From positions 1 to 59,939 of IMG/VR virus record IMGVR_UViG_3300032313_001910: a stretch of DNA of 59,939 bases; one strand, 5' to 3'. Origin of the DNA: a virus (taxonomy: Duplodnaviria > Caudoviricetes). The position numbers were made by a program, and so were the translations under genes. Shown here piece after piece: positions 46,108-57,900 of the stretch (position 1 is its first letter; each line of letters begins with the position of its first letter). The notes beneath the pieces are model-generated. The model ran no database searches. It saw nothing but the letters and a program-made list of their open reading frames with translations, and was not told the origin of the DNA.

Positions 46108-47559
46108 ATGAATATTAGTTCAAGAGATTTTCTGTACTCTGCCACAGTGGGTTTTGAGTTTGAATTTTATAGTAATGAGAACAGGAACCAAATTGCGTAC
46201 GAATTAGGAAAAGTATTAGGTAAAAAGATTCTAGTTTTTAAAAAGTATCATTCTTTTTTTAAACCAACTCCTAGCACATTTAAGCTAGAGCCAGATTACT
46301 CTGGAGGATCCAAGATGGTTGAACTCGTCACTGGTCCTCTTCCTTATTTCGAGGCTATTCCCATTTTAATAAAAACCCTTAAGTGGATAGATCAAAACGG
46401 ATACACCGATAAAAAATGTGCATTTCAGTTTGGCGTTAGTTTTGATACATCAATTTATCCAGAAATTCCTTCAATTACTAAACTCAATATTCTAAAATTT
46501 GTATTGGGGTTTGACGAGAATCAAATCTATAGAAGATTTCCCGAAAGATCTGGCTCTTTATATGCTAAATCTATCAAAAGGATATTACCTTCTAATAAGT
46601 TTGTAGATCCATCCAATCTTTCTTTTATTGATAAGAATTTATTTGATGTTCCTTTAGAAAAAAATCTAGGAATAAATTTTCTTAAACTTCCAGAAGGATA
46701 TTTTGAGGTTAGATATTTAGGAGGAACAGATTATCAAAAAAAGTATACCTCTATAAAGGAGATAATTGATTACGTAATCACTTTCACTCTCCAGATTTTA
46801 CAATATAATGATTTCTTTACTGACAATGATTTAAAAATTCTAAAGAGTGGATTAAAGGAGATTTACAAGAGTGCTTCGAGTTTTTCTGATCCGGAAACCT
46901 TTCAAAAAAACTATCCGCATCTTACTATAATGATAGACCTCAGATCTGATCCTCAAATCATAAGATCTTTTTTTATAAACATAAGAGAAGTTCTTTATGA
47001 TTTAATAGTAGAGAATGGAATTAAAGAAGGATTAGTAAACTATGACAGTAATCTTGGAAAATTCCAAATAAAGGACGTTAAAACAAACAAGGCTTATCTT
47101 CTAAAAGATTATGACATTTTAGAATCTGATATAACAGGAAACCTTTTTAATTGTAGAATATTTAATTCCACATTAAGAGATTGTAGCATGGAAGAATGTG
47201 ATTTAATCACTTCTAATGAAATATACACATCTAAAATTATGGTTTCTGATATCATGTTTACTAATGTTCTCCATGATTCATATGTAGATAATAAGGACAA
47301 AGAAATTAACTGTGAAGTCTTTGGTGGTATAATTAGATCCGGGTTCATCGGAAAATTGGCTACAATTTCACCGGAAACCGAAGTTATTGGAGACACAGAG
47401 GATGATAAGAAATTAAAAGGAAGCATGAGAAAAAGACCGTTTCCAGACAGAAACGACGGTTTTCCTAAACATGAACATCCTCTATTTAAGGATAATAACA
47501 GTAAACCTTCTGGTATTCCAGGAATCAACTTTAAAGAAAATAACGAACCACCCCAATGA
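46108..47559 (+). CDS. Putative amidoligase (COOH-NH2 ligase-like)
   Basis: TVGFEFEFY, LEPDYSGG..VELVTGPL, TDKKCAFQFGVS and YFEVRYLGG follow the amidoligase_2 pattern, with the usual His pair substituted. The C-terminus is a beta-helix-like region. Confidence 0.6.
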   Translation: MNISSRDFLYSATVGFEFEFYSNENRNQIAYELGKVLGKKILVFKKYHSFFKPTPSTFKLEPDYSGGSKMVELVTGPLPYFEAIPILIKTLKWIDQNGYTDKKCAFQFGVSFDTSIYPEIPSITKLNILKFVLGFDENQIYRRFPERSGSLYAKSIKRILPSNKFVDPSNLSFIDKNLFDVPLEKNLGINFLKLPEGYFEVRYLGGTDYQKKYTSIKEIIDYVITFTLQILQYNDFFTDNDLKILKSGLKEIYKSASSFSDPETFQKNYPHLTIMIDLRSDPQIIRSFFINIREVLYDLIVENGIKEGLVNYDSNLGKFQIKDVKTNKAYLLKDYDILESDITGNLFNCRIFNSTLRDCSMEECDLITSNEIYTSKIMVSDIMFTNVLHDSYVDNKDKEINCEVFGGIIRSGFIGKLATISPETEVIGDTEDDKKLKGSMRKRPFPDRNDGFPKHEHPLFKDNNSKPSGIPGINFKENNEPPQ

Positions 47560-48335
47560 CAGAAGTAGAACTAATCCAAGAGGTCAAAGACGAAATTTCA
47601 CATTCTTGTTCTTTGCCATATAACCTAAACGATCAAGAGATCAAAAGAATTATTAAACGTGCTAGGGCCTATATGTACGACAACTACCAATACGCAGTAG
47701 AGGATAGAATATTTGTACTAGGGAGGGAGCTTTTTTCTACCGCATCTTTTAGAGCAACGAGACAAATACAACTCCCTGGGTGTGTGGTATCTGTCTATGA
47801 CGTCAGAGAGGTAAATGGATCTGGATTAATAGGAACCCCAGACAAAGATTTTAGTGACTCTAAACTCCTTGGATCTGAGCTTATGCTTTCTCCTTTTGTT
47901 GGGGACAACTTAGTTTATAGAACGGTTCTCTATTCTTTCTTTGATCTTGCAAAGGCTTATCTCTTAGAAAGCTATGCCTTTAATTATAATAAAAACACCA
48001 AAAAATTAACCATAAATGGTAGAGATCCTAACAGAACATATCAGACAGATGGAGGAACATCTTCGAATCTTTTTACTGGTGTTGATGTAGGAGTTAGAGC
48101 TTATATAGCTATTCCAGAAGAAAGCTTATATGATGACGAATTGTTCGTTAGATACGTTCTAGCAGAGGCAAAAATTAATATAGGTAGATTACTTGGGACA
48201 TTCGAATATAACCTCCCTGGCGGTGTTAGAATTAACTATAATAACATCCAAACTCTTGGACAGAACGAGAAAACTGAGATAATAAACCAGATAAATTCTG
48301 AGAACACTCCAAGTTATTTTTTGCAGTGGAATTGA
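47556..48335 (+). CDS. gp13: Neck/head completion protein, T4 gp13-like
   Basis: EIKRIIKRA..YMYD and FVRYVLAEAKINIGRLLGTFEYNLPGGVRINY..IQTLGQNE. Confidence 0.75.
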   Translation: MTEVELIQEVKDEISHSCSLPYNLNDQEIKRIIKRARAYMYDNYQYAVEDRIFVLGRELFSTASFRATRQIQLPGCVVSVYDVREVNGSGLIGTPDKDFSDSKLLGSELMLSPFVGDNLVYRTVLYSFFDLAKAYLLESYAFNYNKNTKKLTINGRDPNRTYQTDGGTSSNLFTGVDVGVRAYIAIPEESLYDDELFVRYVLAEAKINIGRLLGTFEYNLPGGVRINYNNIQTLGQNEKTEIINQINSENTPSYFLQWN

Positions 48336-48351
48336 AAAATATACATTATAT

Positions 48352-48379
48352 TTGGATATATAATATTAAAAATATCCAA
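48352..48379 (+). promoter_or_regulatory. Late promoter GATATATA (48355-48362) inside a hairpin that reaches the endonuclease start codon
   Basis: Inverted repeat TTGGATAT (48352-48359) / ATATCCAA (48372-48379); the last A is the A of ATG. Confidence 0.6.
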
Positions 48380-49584
48380 TGTGCATATTACAAAAAATCG
48401 AAGGGTGGAGATCTAAGACAGGTAAAGCTTTTGGAACTATCATAAGGAATCTTTCAAAGGATTCTGAAGATATTGAACAATTAAAATCTCTGACTTCTTT
48501 TCTAAATCCAATTTATAATCCCGAAAAAATTTCTATTCAACAGAGATTTTATCATGTGTGGTTTGGGTTCTATGAAATTGAGAGGTGTCCCTATTGTGAC
48601 TCTCCTAGAATGTTTGCAAAGAAGCCAAAGTTTTCAATTGACAGATATGGGATAAAACCCACTAATTCTGTTAATTATTACGGGACGTGTATGTCTGAAT
48701 CTTGTAATAAAAAATATAACAAGGATAAAACTGACAAGGCTATGATGAAAAATCACGGAACTACAAATCCAACGGAGGTTCCTGGTGCTTTAAATAAGAT
48801 TAAGGAAAATAACAGGAAAAAATATGGAGTGGATTTCTATACAGAAACTGAAGATTTTAAAGAGAGGGTTAAAAAGACTTTCGAGGAAAAATATGGTGGT
48901 CATCCAACTAAGCTAAAAGAAACACAGGACAAGAAAAGAAAAACAAACAAAGAAAAATATGGATTTGAGCACTCTTTAGATAATCCAGAAATAAAAGAAA
49001 AATCTAGAATAACCAATAATTTAAAATATGGAGGAAATTCCAGTATGTGCTCGGAGGAGATAAAGAATAAATCTAAAGAAACGAACAGGAGAAAAAGAGG
49101 TACGGATTGGTATGTACAAAGTGAGGATTTTAAGAAAAAATTTAAAGAATCTATGCTTAAAAAATATGGAGTGGAGCAGGTTATGCACTACACCCCTTCA
49201 TTTGAAAAATCTTTAAACACGTCATACAAGAAAAAGATTTTTGTTTTCCCTTCAGGTAGGGTTGAAAAAATACAAGGGTATGAAGGATTTGCTTTAAATG
49301 ATCTTTTAGATGCAGGATATAAGGAAGATGACATAATTGTATCCAATAAAGAGATTGAATCGCACACGGGTACAATATGGTATTTAGATTCTGAAAGGAA
49401 GAAAAGAAAGTATTACCCAGATATTTATTTGATTGGGGATAATAAAATAATAGAGGTTAAGTCAGAATACACTTACAAAGCAGCATATTCAATAAATATT
49501 AGAAAAAAACAAGCATGTCTCGATCTAGGGATTTCTTTTGAATTTTGGATCTATAACTCAAGAGGTGAAAAATCAATAAAATAG
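48379..49584 (+). CDS. Free-standing endonuclease with KYG repeats and a C-terminal PD-(D/E)xK domain (homing-endonuclease-like)
   Basis: CPYC..C..C zinc motif, repeated TNxxKYG units, and YYPDIYL..NKIIEVKSEYT. It interrupts the neck-baseplate gene run. Confidence 0.75.
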   Translation: MCILQKIEGWRSKTGKAFGTIIRNLSKDSEDIEQLKSLTSFLNPIYNPEKISIQQRFYHVWFGFYEIERCPYCDSPRMFAKKPKFSIDRYGIKPTNSVNYYGTCMSESCNKKYNKDKTDKAMMKNHGTTNPTEVPGALNKIKENNRKKYGVDFYTETEDFKERVKKTFEEKYGGHPTKLKETQDKKRKTNKEKYGFEHSLDNPEIKEKSRITNNLKYGGNSSMCSEEIKNKSKETNRRKRGTDWYVQSEDFKKKFKESMLKKYGVEQVMHYTPSFEKSLNTSYKKKIFVFPSGRVEKIQGYEGFALNDLLDAGYKEDDIIVSNKEIESHTGTIWYLDSERKKRKYYPDIYLIGDNKIIEVKSEYTYKAAYSINIRKKQACLDLGISFEFWIYNSRGEKSIK

Positions 49585-49603
49585 TTACACTCTTATTTTA
49601 TTG

Positions 49604-49611
49604 AATATATA
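49604..49611 (+). promoter_or_regulatory. Putative late promoter AATATATA
   Basis: 7 nt before ATG 49619. Confidence 0.6.
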
Positions 49612-49618
49612 GGTTAAG

Positions 49619-49990
49619 ATGGCAAGATTTTCCGAAATTTATCCAAAGAACCCAGACGATCCTAATTACAAAGAAGGACTTTTGCATACTGATGATGAGG
49701 TTGAAATTCTTATCGGTATGATCAAACAATGTATGTTAACTAGACCAGGAGAGGTCCTAGGAGATCCCTATTTTGGGATAGATTTGGAAGGTATGCTATT
49801 TGATCTAGAAGTGGACCAAGCAACACTAGAGCGTGCTATAAGATTACATCTTTTAACTTATGTCCCGTTGGCCTCTAGTAAATATGAAGTTGACTTTAGT
49901 GTTGGGTTTTTAAGAGGATCTACCAGGGACACGTGTGTTATTGATTTTGCAATTAAAGGAAACCCCTTAGTGGGAATAAAAATAGTATAA
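49619..49990 (+). CDS. gp25: Baseplate wedge protein, gp25-like
   Basis: IKQCMLTRPGEVLGDPYFGIDLEGMLF..IRLHLLTYVP. Confidence 0.85.
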   Translation: MARFSEIYPKNPDDPNYKEGLLHTDDEVEILIGMIKQCMLTRPGEVLGDPYFGIDLEGMLFDLEVDQATLERAIRLHLLTYVPLASSKYEVDFSVGFLRGSTRDTCVIDFAIKGNPLVGIKIV

Positions 49991-49991
49991 A

Positions 49992-51689
49992 ATGGATTTA
50001 CTACAAAAAAATAAAGCAAAGATATCTGACCTGATCGCACAGACTTTTGATCTGATCCAAGCTAGATATTCTATGTCTAACCAGCTCTTCACAGTGGCTT
50101 CGGTTTGGGGACAAATTATATTTGTTCTTGATAACCTTTCCCAATTTATCCTTTTTTTCATAGAGGATTCTATCACAGAGCTCAACATAAACCAGGCAAC
50201 TAGAGAATCTTCGATTTACGGATTAGCAACTCTAGCTGGTCATAATCCAACAAGAGCAATTTCTGCAAAGGGTGAGGTAGTTATCACGTGGAACGGAAGA
50301 TCTTTTGAGAATGTTGGCGGTAGCGCTATTTTGGTTCCCAATTATGCACAATTAAATTGTGTTAACAACGGAAAAAATTATTTCTTAAAACTTCCACAAG
50401 AATACATTAGATTGAACCTTGAACCTGGTGCTAAAATTATTGCATCCATTTTCGAGGGAAGAAGAAACACAAATCAATACACGGGGACAGGTAATCTTTT
50501 ACAGAGTTATAACATCTCATCTAGGGGAACTTCAGGCATAGAAAACTATGAGGTGGAAGTTAAGGTTAATGGAGAAACATGGAAAAGATATGATTCCCTT
50601 TATGATATACCAAGAAACGGAAATGGTTATATTGTAAAAAGCTCTTTAATTTCAGGTATAGATATTTTCTTTGGTACTGTAGATTTTGGATTCCCTCCTC
50701 CCGCTGGCTCTATAATTGAAGTGACTTACCTAGAATCATCAGGTGCTTTTGGAAATATAACTGTTGAAGATTCTTCACAGGTTATTATGAGATTTGATTC
50801 AGACGGGACAGATCTTTTTGGTAACAACGTTACCCTATCTGATGTTCTTCAACCAACCTGTTCTATTGCTCCCCAATTGGGTGCTAACCAAGAACCAATT
50901 GATCTTACAAGAATTATTGCACCAAAGACATCAAGAAGTTTTGTTTTAGCAAATCCAACAAACTATGTAACATTTTTTGAAAAGTTTGGGCAATTTTCTA
51001 TCATAGAAGCTTTTACGACTTTTGATGATCAATACATAGATGACGATAATATCATTTATTTGATATTAGTCCCTAATATTCAACTCACTCTTAAAACCAA
51101 TGAAACTTATTTTGATATCCCTCCTTCTAGGTTTAAATTAACTGGCCCGCAAATAGATAGGATCTATCAACTTCTTGATGAAAGTGGACAAAAAATAGTT
51201 ACTACTGTAGTAAAAATTTTAGATCCATTGATATCTAGGTATGTTGTTAATGTAGCCATTACAATTTTCGAGGGATACGATCCAACCACAATAAAAACAC
51301 AGATTATAGACACACTGAGTGATTACTTCCTTAATATTAGAAGGAGAGATAAAATACCTAGATCTGATTTAGTTGCTGCTATAGAAGGATTAGACGGAAT
51401 AGATTCTGTTTCTCTCTATTTCATCTGTGAAAAAAATGAAGAATCTAAAATTCAAAACCCAAATGCACCCGAAATAGGATTAGACGAATTTGGTGACATA
51501 GTAATCGGGAAAGATGAAGTCGTTGTTATTTCTGGAGGATGGGAAGATAGAAATGGGATCTATTATGATTATGGAGCAGGTCTTGAAAATCTATCTTCTG
51601 TTAATGTAGATATTAGAGCTATTGTTCCTGTAACATACAATACCAGAATTAATCAACAATTGAAATCTTCTCTTAAAATAGGAAACTAA
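49992..51689 (+). CDS. gp6: Baseplate wedge protein, gp6/baseplate J-like
   Basis: ELNINQATRESSIYGLATLAGHNPTRAISAKG, DIFFG..FGFPPPAGSIIEVTYL.SSGAFGN, GANQEPI..RIIAPK, RSDLVAAIEGLDGIDSV. Confidence 0.85.
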   Translation: MDLLQKNKAKISDLIAQTFDLIQARYSMSNQLFTVASVWGQIIFVLDNLSQFILFFIEDSITELNINQATRESSIYGLATLAGHNPTRAISAKGEVVITWNGRSFENVGGSAILVPNYAQLNCVNNGKNYFLKLPQEYIRLNLEPGAKIIASIFEGRRNTNQYTGTGNLLQSYNISSRGTSGIENYEVEVKVNGETWKRYDSLYDIPRNGNGYIVKSSLISGIDIFFGTVDFGFPPPAGSIIEVTYLESSGAFGNITVEDSSQVIMRFDSDGTDLFGNNVTLSDVLQPTCSIAPQLGANQEPIDLTRIIAPKTSRSFVLANPTNYVTFFEKFGQFSIIEAFTTFDDQYIDDDNIIYLILVPNIQLTLKTNETYFDIPPSRFKLTGPQIDRIYQLLDESGQKIVTTVVKILDPLISRYVVNVAITIFEGYDPTTIKTQIIDTLSDYFLNIRRRDKIPRSDLVAAIEGLDGIDSVSLYFICEKNEESKIQNPNAPEIGLDEFGDIVIGKDEVVVISGGWEDRNGIYYDYGAGLENLSSVNVDIRAIVPVTYNTRINQQLKSSLKIGN

Positions 51690-51690
51690 A

Positions 51691-51933
51691 ATGAAAAAAA
51701 GCTGGTACGAATTTATAAACAACCAAAATACGGTTAGAACTAATGAGGGATTTGATTACGAGGGTAAGATTTTTGAAAAAACCCTTTCTAATCAGGTTTT
51801 ACAAGGGGACACTAACCGAATGGAAATTTTAGCTTCTATGGAGAGAATTGTTTTCCAATTATTTGAAACGACCAAGTACATTAAAAATTATATTAATTAT
51901 ACAGTCCCAAAAAATAACAAATACGTAAGATAA
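51691..51933 (+). CDS. Small hypothetical baseplate-region protein
   Basis: Tightly packed between the gp6-like gene and the large wedge gene. Confidence 0.6.
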   Translation: MKKSWYEFINNQNTVRTNEGFDYEGKIFEKTLSNQVLQGDTNRMEILASMERIVFQLFETTKYIKNYINYTVPKNNKYVR

Positions 51934-54900
51934 ATGAATATTCAAAATCTTTTATTCTTTGATAAAAAAGGAGACAGATATAATTTTCAATGGAACGGAA
52001 ATTATTGGGAAGGTGCAGTACTTTTTCCTTTAGTTGCTGAAAGACTTTTTGAGATCGAGCATGTATTTGTTATTGAAAAGTTTATTAATGCTAGTACCCT
52101 CGAAACAGAGTATGGATTTCCTCACGAAGATACAACAAGTCCATCTACACCGGTCTGGAGAACAAGATGGGAATCTGATTACGACGGGCAGACCGACGTT
52201 AGCTCAATTATTTACACATATGAACTAGGGATAGATCCCGAGCTAGATGCCCCATATCTGGTGAAAGGTACCAGCATCGAGGTTTATCCTGAAGTTGTCC
52301 CAGGGGACACGGTAGATTCTCCAACAGGTATAGTAATCACTTCTCAGATCACTTCCTCTTCTATGCAAATAAACATTGCATTAAATTCAACCACAGAGGG
52401 GATTTACGACCGCACTTTAATTTTAGAAGATTATACAGATTCTAATAATCCCGTTACAATTTTAAAGCTTAGTTTTCATGGTGAAGTTGAAGGAGAAGAT
52501 AGTAGACTTTCTGTTTTGTTGTCAAATTTTGGAAGACAATTTACAGAAGCAGATTCTTTAATAACAAGAGAAACTGATCCTAAAGAACCGCTTCCTGATT
52601 GGACGGTAGTAAATAGAAAAAGAAAAGAGCTCCTTTTGACAGGAGAATCTATTTTTCCTTATCTTGGTTCTTATAAAAGTCTTTTTAATGCAATTAAATT
52701 TTTTGGGTATTATGATTTAAAGATCAAAGAATATTGGTTAAATGTCAAAATCGATTCTGCTGATGTCTTGACACCACTGCAGCAAAATTCGAAGGTGTTA
52801 AAGCAATTAAATCTTGGACTTAATAAATCTTCAGAATTAATTGATAATCTTTTACGGGACGAAAACGAAGGAAAATTCAAACAAGTAGAGGTTTATGGAA
52901 AAAAATCTGACGGGACTTTTGGTTTAAAAAAACAATATGAACAGATATTTCCCTCTAAATCTTATAAGAAAACTTCCTTATTTGGTCTTTTTTATGACAT
53001 AAACCGAGTGGTAGAAGATCAAGAAGAAGATCAATTTGGATATCCTGTTGTAGAAGATGTTTTTTTATTTAGCCCCGAAGAAGTTCTCATAAAGCTTTTT
53101 GGACTAAAGGAAAGACTAAAACAGGATTATCTTCCTCTTAATGCTAGAATAGTAGATATAACAGGGGAAGGGGTTTATTTTAACATCTACAAAACAAGGG
53201 GATGGGTAGACCAGCTAAAGATTGACGAGGTTAGATCTGGTATAGAAGTAGATTTTACTGTTTTTCCTGAAAATGGATTTATTGAAGATTTAAGAGTTTT
53301 TTACACCAAGCCAAACCAACAAGGCCTACTCTATCCAGCTGTAGAGGGAACCGAGCCAGGAATTAGCTACCTAGGAAACACTATAGAGCCATATTCTTTT
53401 TTTCAAAAATATCCAATTTCTAATATACCAGATTTAGCTAATTCAATTACAGGATTTTATCAAAAAATAGAAGACGGTACACTTCCTAAATTTTTAGGTG
53501 ACGGTGATTTTGATCCACCTACTTATAAACTGTTTTCTACAGGGGAAGATCATTTCTTTCCTGCAGGATTTCCTGTTGTCTTAACAAATAAAACATTTGA
53601 TCTAAGTTGGGGGGAAATGAGCGGGAATTGGGAAACATTAGATCCGAATTTTTTATCAACTGTCCTAGATATTGCTAATTACACTTCAACCTTAGTTGAT
53701 AATCCTGGTTATCCGTTATCTCTTGTCACTTCTTCATCTATTTTAGATTTAGATTCTGTTAATATACCCCAAGCGGTAACAATTAATATAGGAACAGGAA
53801 ATAATTGGTTTTCAGCAACTTCACCGGAGGTTTTGTTAATCAGAATAGAATCTGTGTCTTCTCCTGGTAATTTATTATTGGGATATGTCAGTCAAGGGGA
53901 TTATAACACACTAACCGGAGATTTAATAATTAGACCAACATATATTAGGGGAGGAGGAGCTTATTCAAGTTGGTATGTTATCCCAACAAACATTTCTTCC
54001 AGCTCTTATGTATTTAATTACTATGAAAATTGGTTTAAATCTGGTGGATTTTATTCATGGGAAAGATTACCTTATTTGGATTTTTATGAAATAGAGTGGA
54101 CAATCTCCAAAGAAGATGCAAGTCCATATTTTTTCCAAATCAGAGGAGGTCTCCCAGATCTAGATGTGCTACCACATTTTCTTCCTTATACAGGAGAATA
54201 TACAGTGCAGTGTAGGGTATGGGACACACTTAACGCTATTTCTTTGGGAATAAAAAAGAATGTCATAAAGGTAGAAAAGAGGGGGATCGAATTAAACACA
54301 TTAACTAGGTTCAGAAAATCTGAAATTTATAATTTTGATAATATGCCTTTACAATGGGATTCTTATCCATCACAGTGGATTTTTCCTGTTGAAAACACCG
54401 ACACTATTAAAGACCTTTCTGATTACATATCAAATTTCCCTGAATATTCTAACAATTTTAATGAGGGTCAATCTTGTGAGGTTTTAGTTGATATTCCGGA
54501 GGTTAGGGCAACCTGCACTTTTGATATAGGAGTCTTTCAAGTAGACATAACTTCGATTGTCAGCACCTTTACTGGAACAGGTTACACTTTTGCTATTGTT
54601 ACAACAACAACAAATCACAGCTTCTCTTCTGGTAGTCAGGTTTGGATTTATGATTCTTCTGGTAATCCTTATGGAAGTTTCCCTATAACCGTGCTTTCGC
54701 CCAACACCTTTGAAATACCCCAGATTGTAATATCTCCTATAACAGGAGCATATGTTTATGGATCCGGTACGATAAAGGTTATTGCTGATGGATTAGAAAT
54801 TGCCAGTGTTACTTTCCAAGGAGACATAGAATCCACTGCAAGTTTAATCTATAGCACAATAAACTCTTCTCCATTATTCCCGAAATATAAAGTTATTAGT

Positions 54901-57900
54901 CTAACGGATTCTACCGTCCCCAATTACAAAACATTTGTGTTACAAGCACCAAACAACACTGGGGTAATATGGAATGGAAAATTAGTTTCTGTTCCTGTTA
55001 CAGGCTCTTTACTTTCCAATCCTGGATCAGTTTTATTCAACGGAGGTGTAAATCAGACACAATCTTATGTTCCTTTTGATTTCACTTCTTATCCTAATCC
55101 AAAAATGAAGCTTTGGGGAACAAAAGGGATTTCTTGGGATGCTTTCGAAGATTTTGAATTCACTAAAGCATATGCTCACACTTGGGATATGTTTGATTAC
55201 CACAATGACTGGTTAGGCGGATTCTCTCTTTATTCTTTGCAATATGGAGACAGGGTGAGAGTTACCAGCCTTACCAATGGGGTTGTTTTAGGAGAAACTG
55301 ATTCTCCAAGTAATAACTATTTAGATCTTACTGAAGCTGCTGACCAACTAAACCAATCCCCGGACGAAAATATCTCTAGATTTAACTATGTGGTTAGGGG
55401 ATATTCAGATCTTCCTTTGTATTACAATGATAACGGAAATCCTATATCACCAGATCTTAGCACAAATCCAGGACCAAAAAATATTCTTTCCAGCTTCAGT
55501 AAAATCCCTACGTATTCACCAGTTCTTTTTACGCCTACGAGCATTGCTTGGGACGGTGATGGTGATATATGGGTAACTGGAGAAGATGTTATTAAATTTG
55601 ACGGTATTAATTTTACGACATATGATTCCAGTAACTCTCCATTACCGGGAGTTGGCTTATTGACTAATTGTATAAAAATAGACAGAAATGACGTTAAGTG
55701 GATCGGGATAGAAAACGATCTTATTCCTTTAGTTAAAATAGACGAAAGAGACCCTTCACAAAGTGTTGCTTACTCGGTTAATGATTTTATAGATAACGGA
55801 GGAAACCCTGTAGTTTATGGGGTTCCCTCCAGCATTAGAGTTATTGAGATAAACCCACAAACGGGAGACGTTTTTGCAGCATTTATTTCTGGATCTTCAC
55901 CTTCTTACGACGGACTTCTTTATTACGACGGATATGCAAAATCCTGGAGCTTATTAACTCCTAGTAATTCTAATTTATCTTCTGCAACTATTAGGGATCT
56001 TAGATTGCAGTATTATGACATAAATAAATGGTACCTTTGGATCGCAACAGATCAAGGACTTTCTAGATTTAATGGAATAGATTTTAAAAACTATGATACG
56101 AACAATTCTGGTATTCCTTCAAACGATGTTTATTCGATTGAATTGGATAAGCTTAACCACAAATGGATTGGAACCTCTTCTGGTCTTGTCTACTGGGATC
56201 ATTTAAGATGGGCGGTTTGGAATAACTCAACTAATCCTGAATTATCCTCTGGAAACATTACAAATATAGTTGAAACAGGAAATGCCAACATTTGGTTTGT
56301 TGTTGATCCCGTGTCTTCCCCAGGAGATAATGAACTTTATTTCTTTGATGGATATTATTTCACAAAAGTTCTTTATAGAAATGATGGAACTAGTTTAATT
56401 AGTCCTTGTCCTAACTTTTATGGAAAATCTGCACTTTCTGCACCATGGAAGACTATAAAAAATGGGGAGACAACTTATCCTAAAAATCTCATCTTTGTTA
56501 CAAACCAAGGGGAGATAGGAAAGCTAGATTATATCATTCCATATATACACGCCACTTCTAAATTTGCGGGAACTCCTGGATGGGATTTTGTTTACCACGA
56601 AACCTCCATCCCCCTTCCTGCAATCCAGTATGTTTACAATTCAGGAATTGGAATTTCACAGCTGAATTTTAATTTTATTGTTGGACCTCTTTACGACAAC
56701 ATCACACTTAATTCCGATATAACTAGACCTGTTATGCCTTCGGTTGATAGGTATTCATGGAGTAAACCAATTTGGCAGAGGTACAACATTGATTATCTTA
56801 AAAATCAGTTCCCTTCTTTAGATCTTGACAATGTGTTTTTGTATGCTCCTCTGAGAGATATTATCAAAGGAAAAGCCACAAAAGAAGCTTACTGGAGAAA
56901 TTCTCAGATAGAAAGAATAGCTCAAAAACAATCTAGAGATCTTTTTGAAAATTTTGAATGGATAATAACTCTAGGTAACACTAGCGTAGACCAGGGAGTA
57001 AAAGTCACAGTAGATACAGAGGGAGATATTATCGTTATTGGGGATTATAACGGAAGTATCTTTATGGGGGAAGTTAATAATATAGGAACCCAAGACGTCT
57101 ACCTCAATTCTGTAGATCCTAGTGTTTTTGTTGCAAAATACAATAAGGTTGGTGTTATTCAATGGGCAAGAGCAATTAATCCATCCCTAGGAAGTCAACT
57201 AAACGCCAGATCTATTATCACCGACGACAATTCAAATATCTATGTGGTTTTAGATGACAGCATAACAGGATTTATCCAAATAAATAAATACAACAGTTCT
57301 GGTGTTTTACTGAACACGATAAATGTACCAGTTTTCCCTGTTCAACTTCTTGCCGATATTAAAGTGGATCTCTATGAAAATCTTTATATCTGTGGAGAAT
57401 TTGAAGGCGCTTTATCTCTCGGAACGTTTAACCTAAACTCTATTGGCTTATCTTCTGGATTCCTAGCCAAACTTGATGCCACCTTAAATTTTGTGTGGGC
57501 TAAAAAACTAGAAACCACATCTTTTTCCTCTGGATTAGAATTGGGTATTTTGAAAGAAGATTATTTATATGTGACCGGAATTTTCACAACGGACGTAGAT
57601 TTAGGCCCTATAGTACTTTCTGGCCCAGGTGCTCCTGATATGTTTGTAGGAAAGTTTTCCACATCTGATGGGTCTTGTCTTTGGGCGGAATCTTTTGCAT
57701 ATGATTCTTCCACTTCCTTTGGTAATTCTTCGATCACAGTTGATCCAAAAGGACACGTTTTAGTAACAGGAAGTTTTTCGGGAACAATAGAAATAGAAAA
57801 TAAAACTCTTTCTTCTTTTCCTTCAACAACTGATATATTTGTAATAAAATTGCTATCAACTGGAAAACTTGTATGGATGAAGATGTGCGGAGGTGCCTCA

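Noticed and set aside
48320-48354. Bacteroidota housekeeping promoter (TTTG ... TAnnTTTG) before the endonuclease
   Set aside because: TATATTTG is present, but the spacing to TTTG is 23 nt, longer than typical, and such words are common in AT-rich DNA.
51691-51933. MKKSWYEFINN as another capsid-targeting sequence
   Set aside because: It lacks the terminal Glu needed for cleavage and lies in the baseplate operon.
3321-57162. Numerous 60-190 aa antisense or nested ORFs in the track (e.g. 3321..3767, 6090..6650, 17866..18264, 38362..38823, 44844..45290, 47109..47528)
   Set aside because: They lie within well-supported genes, have Ser/Phe/Leu-rich antisense composition and show no motifs or promoters.
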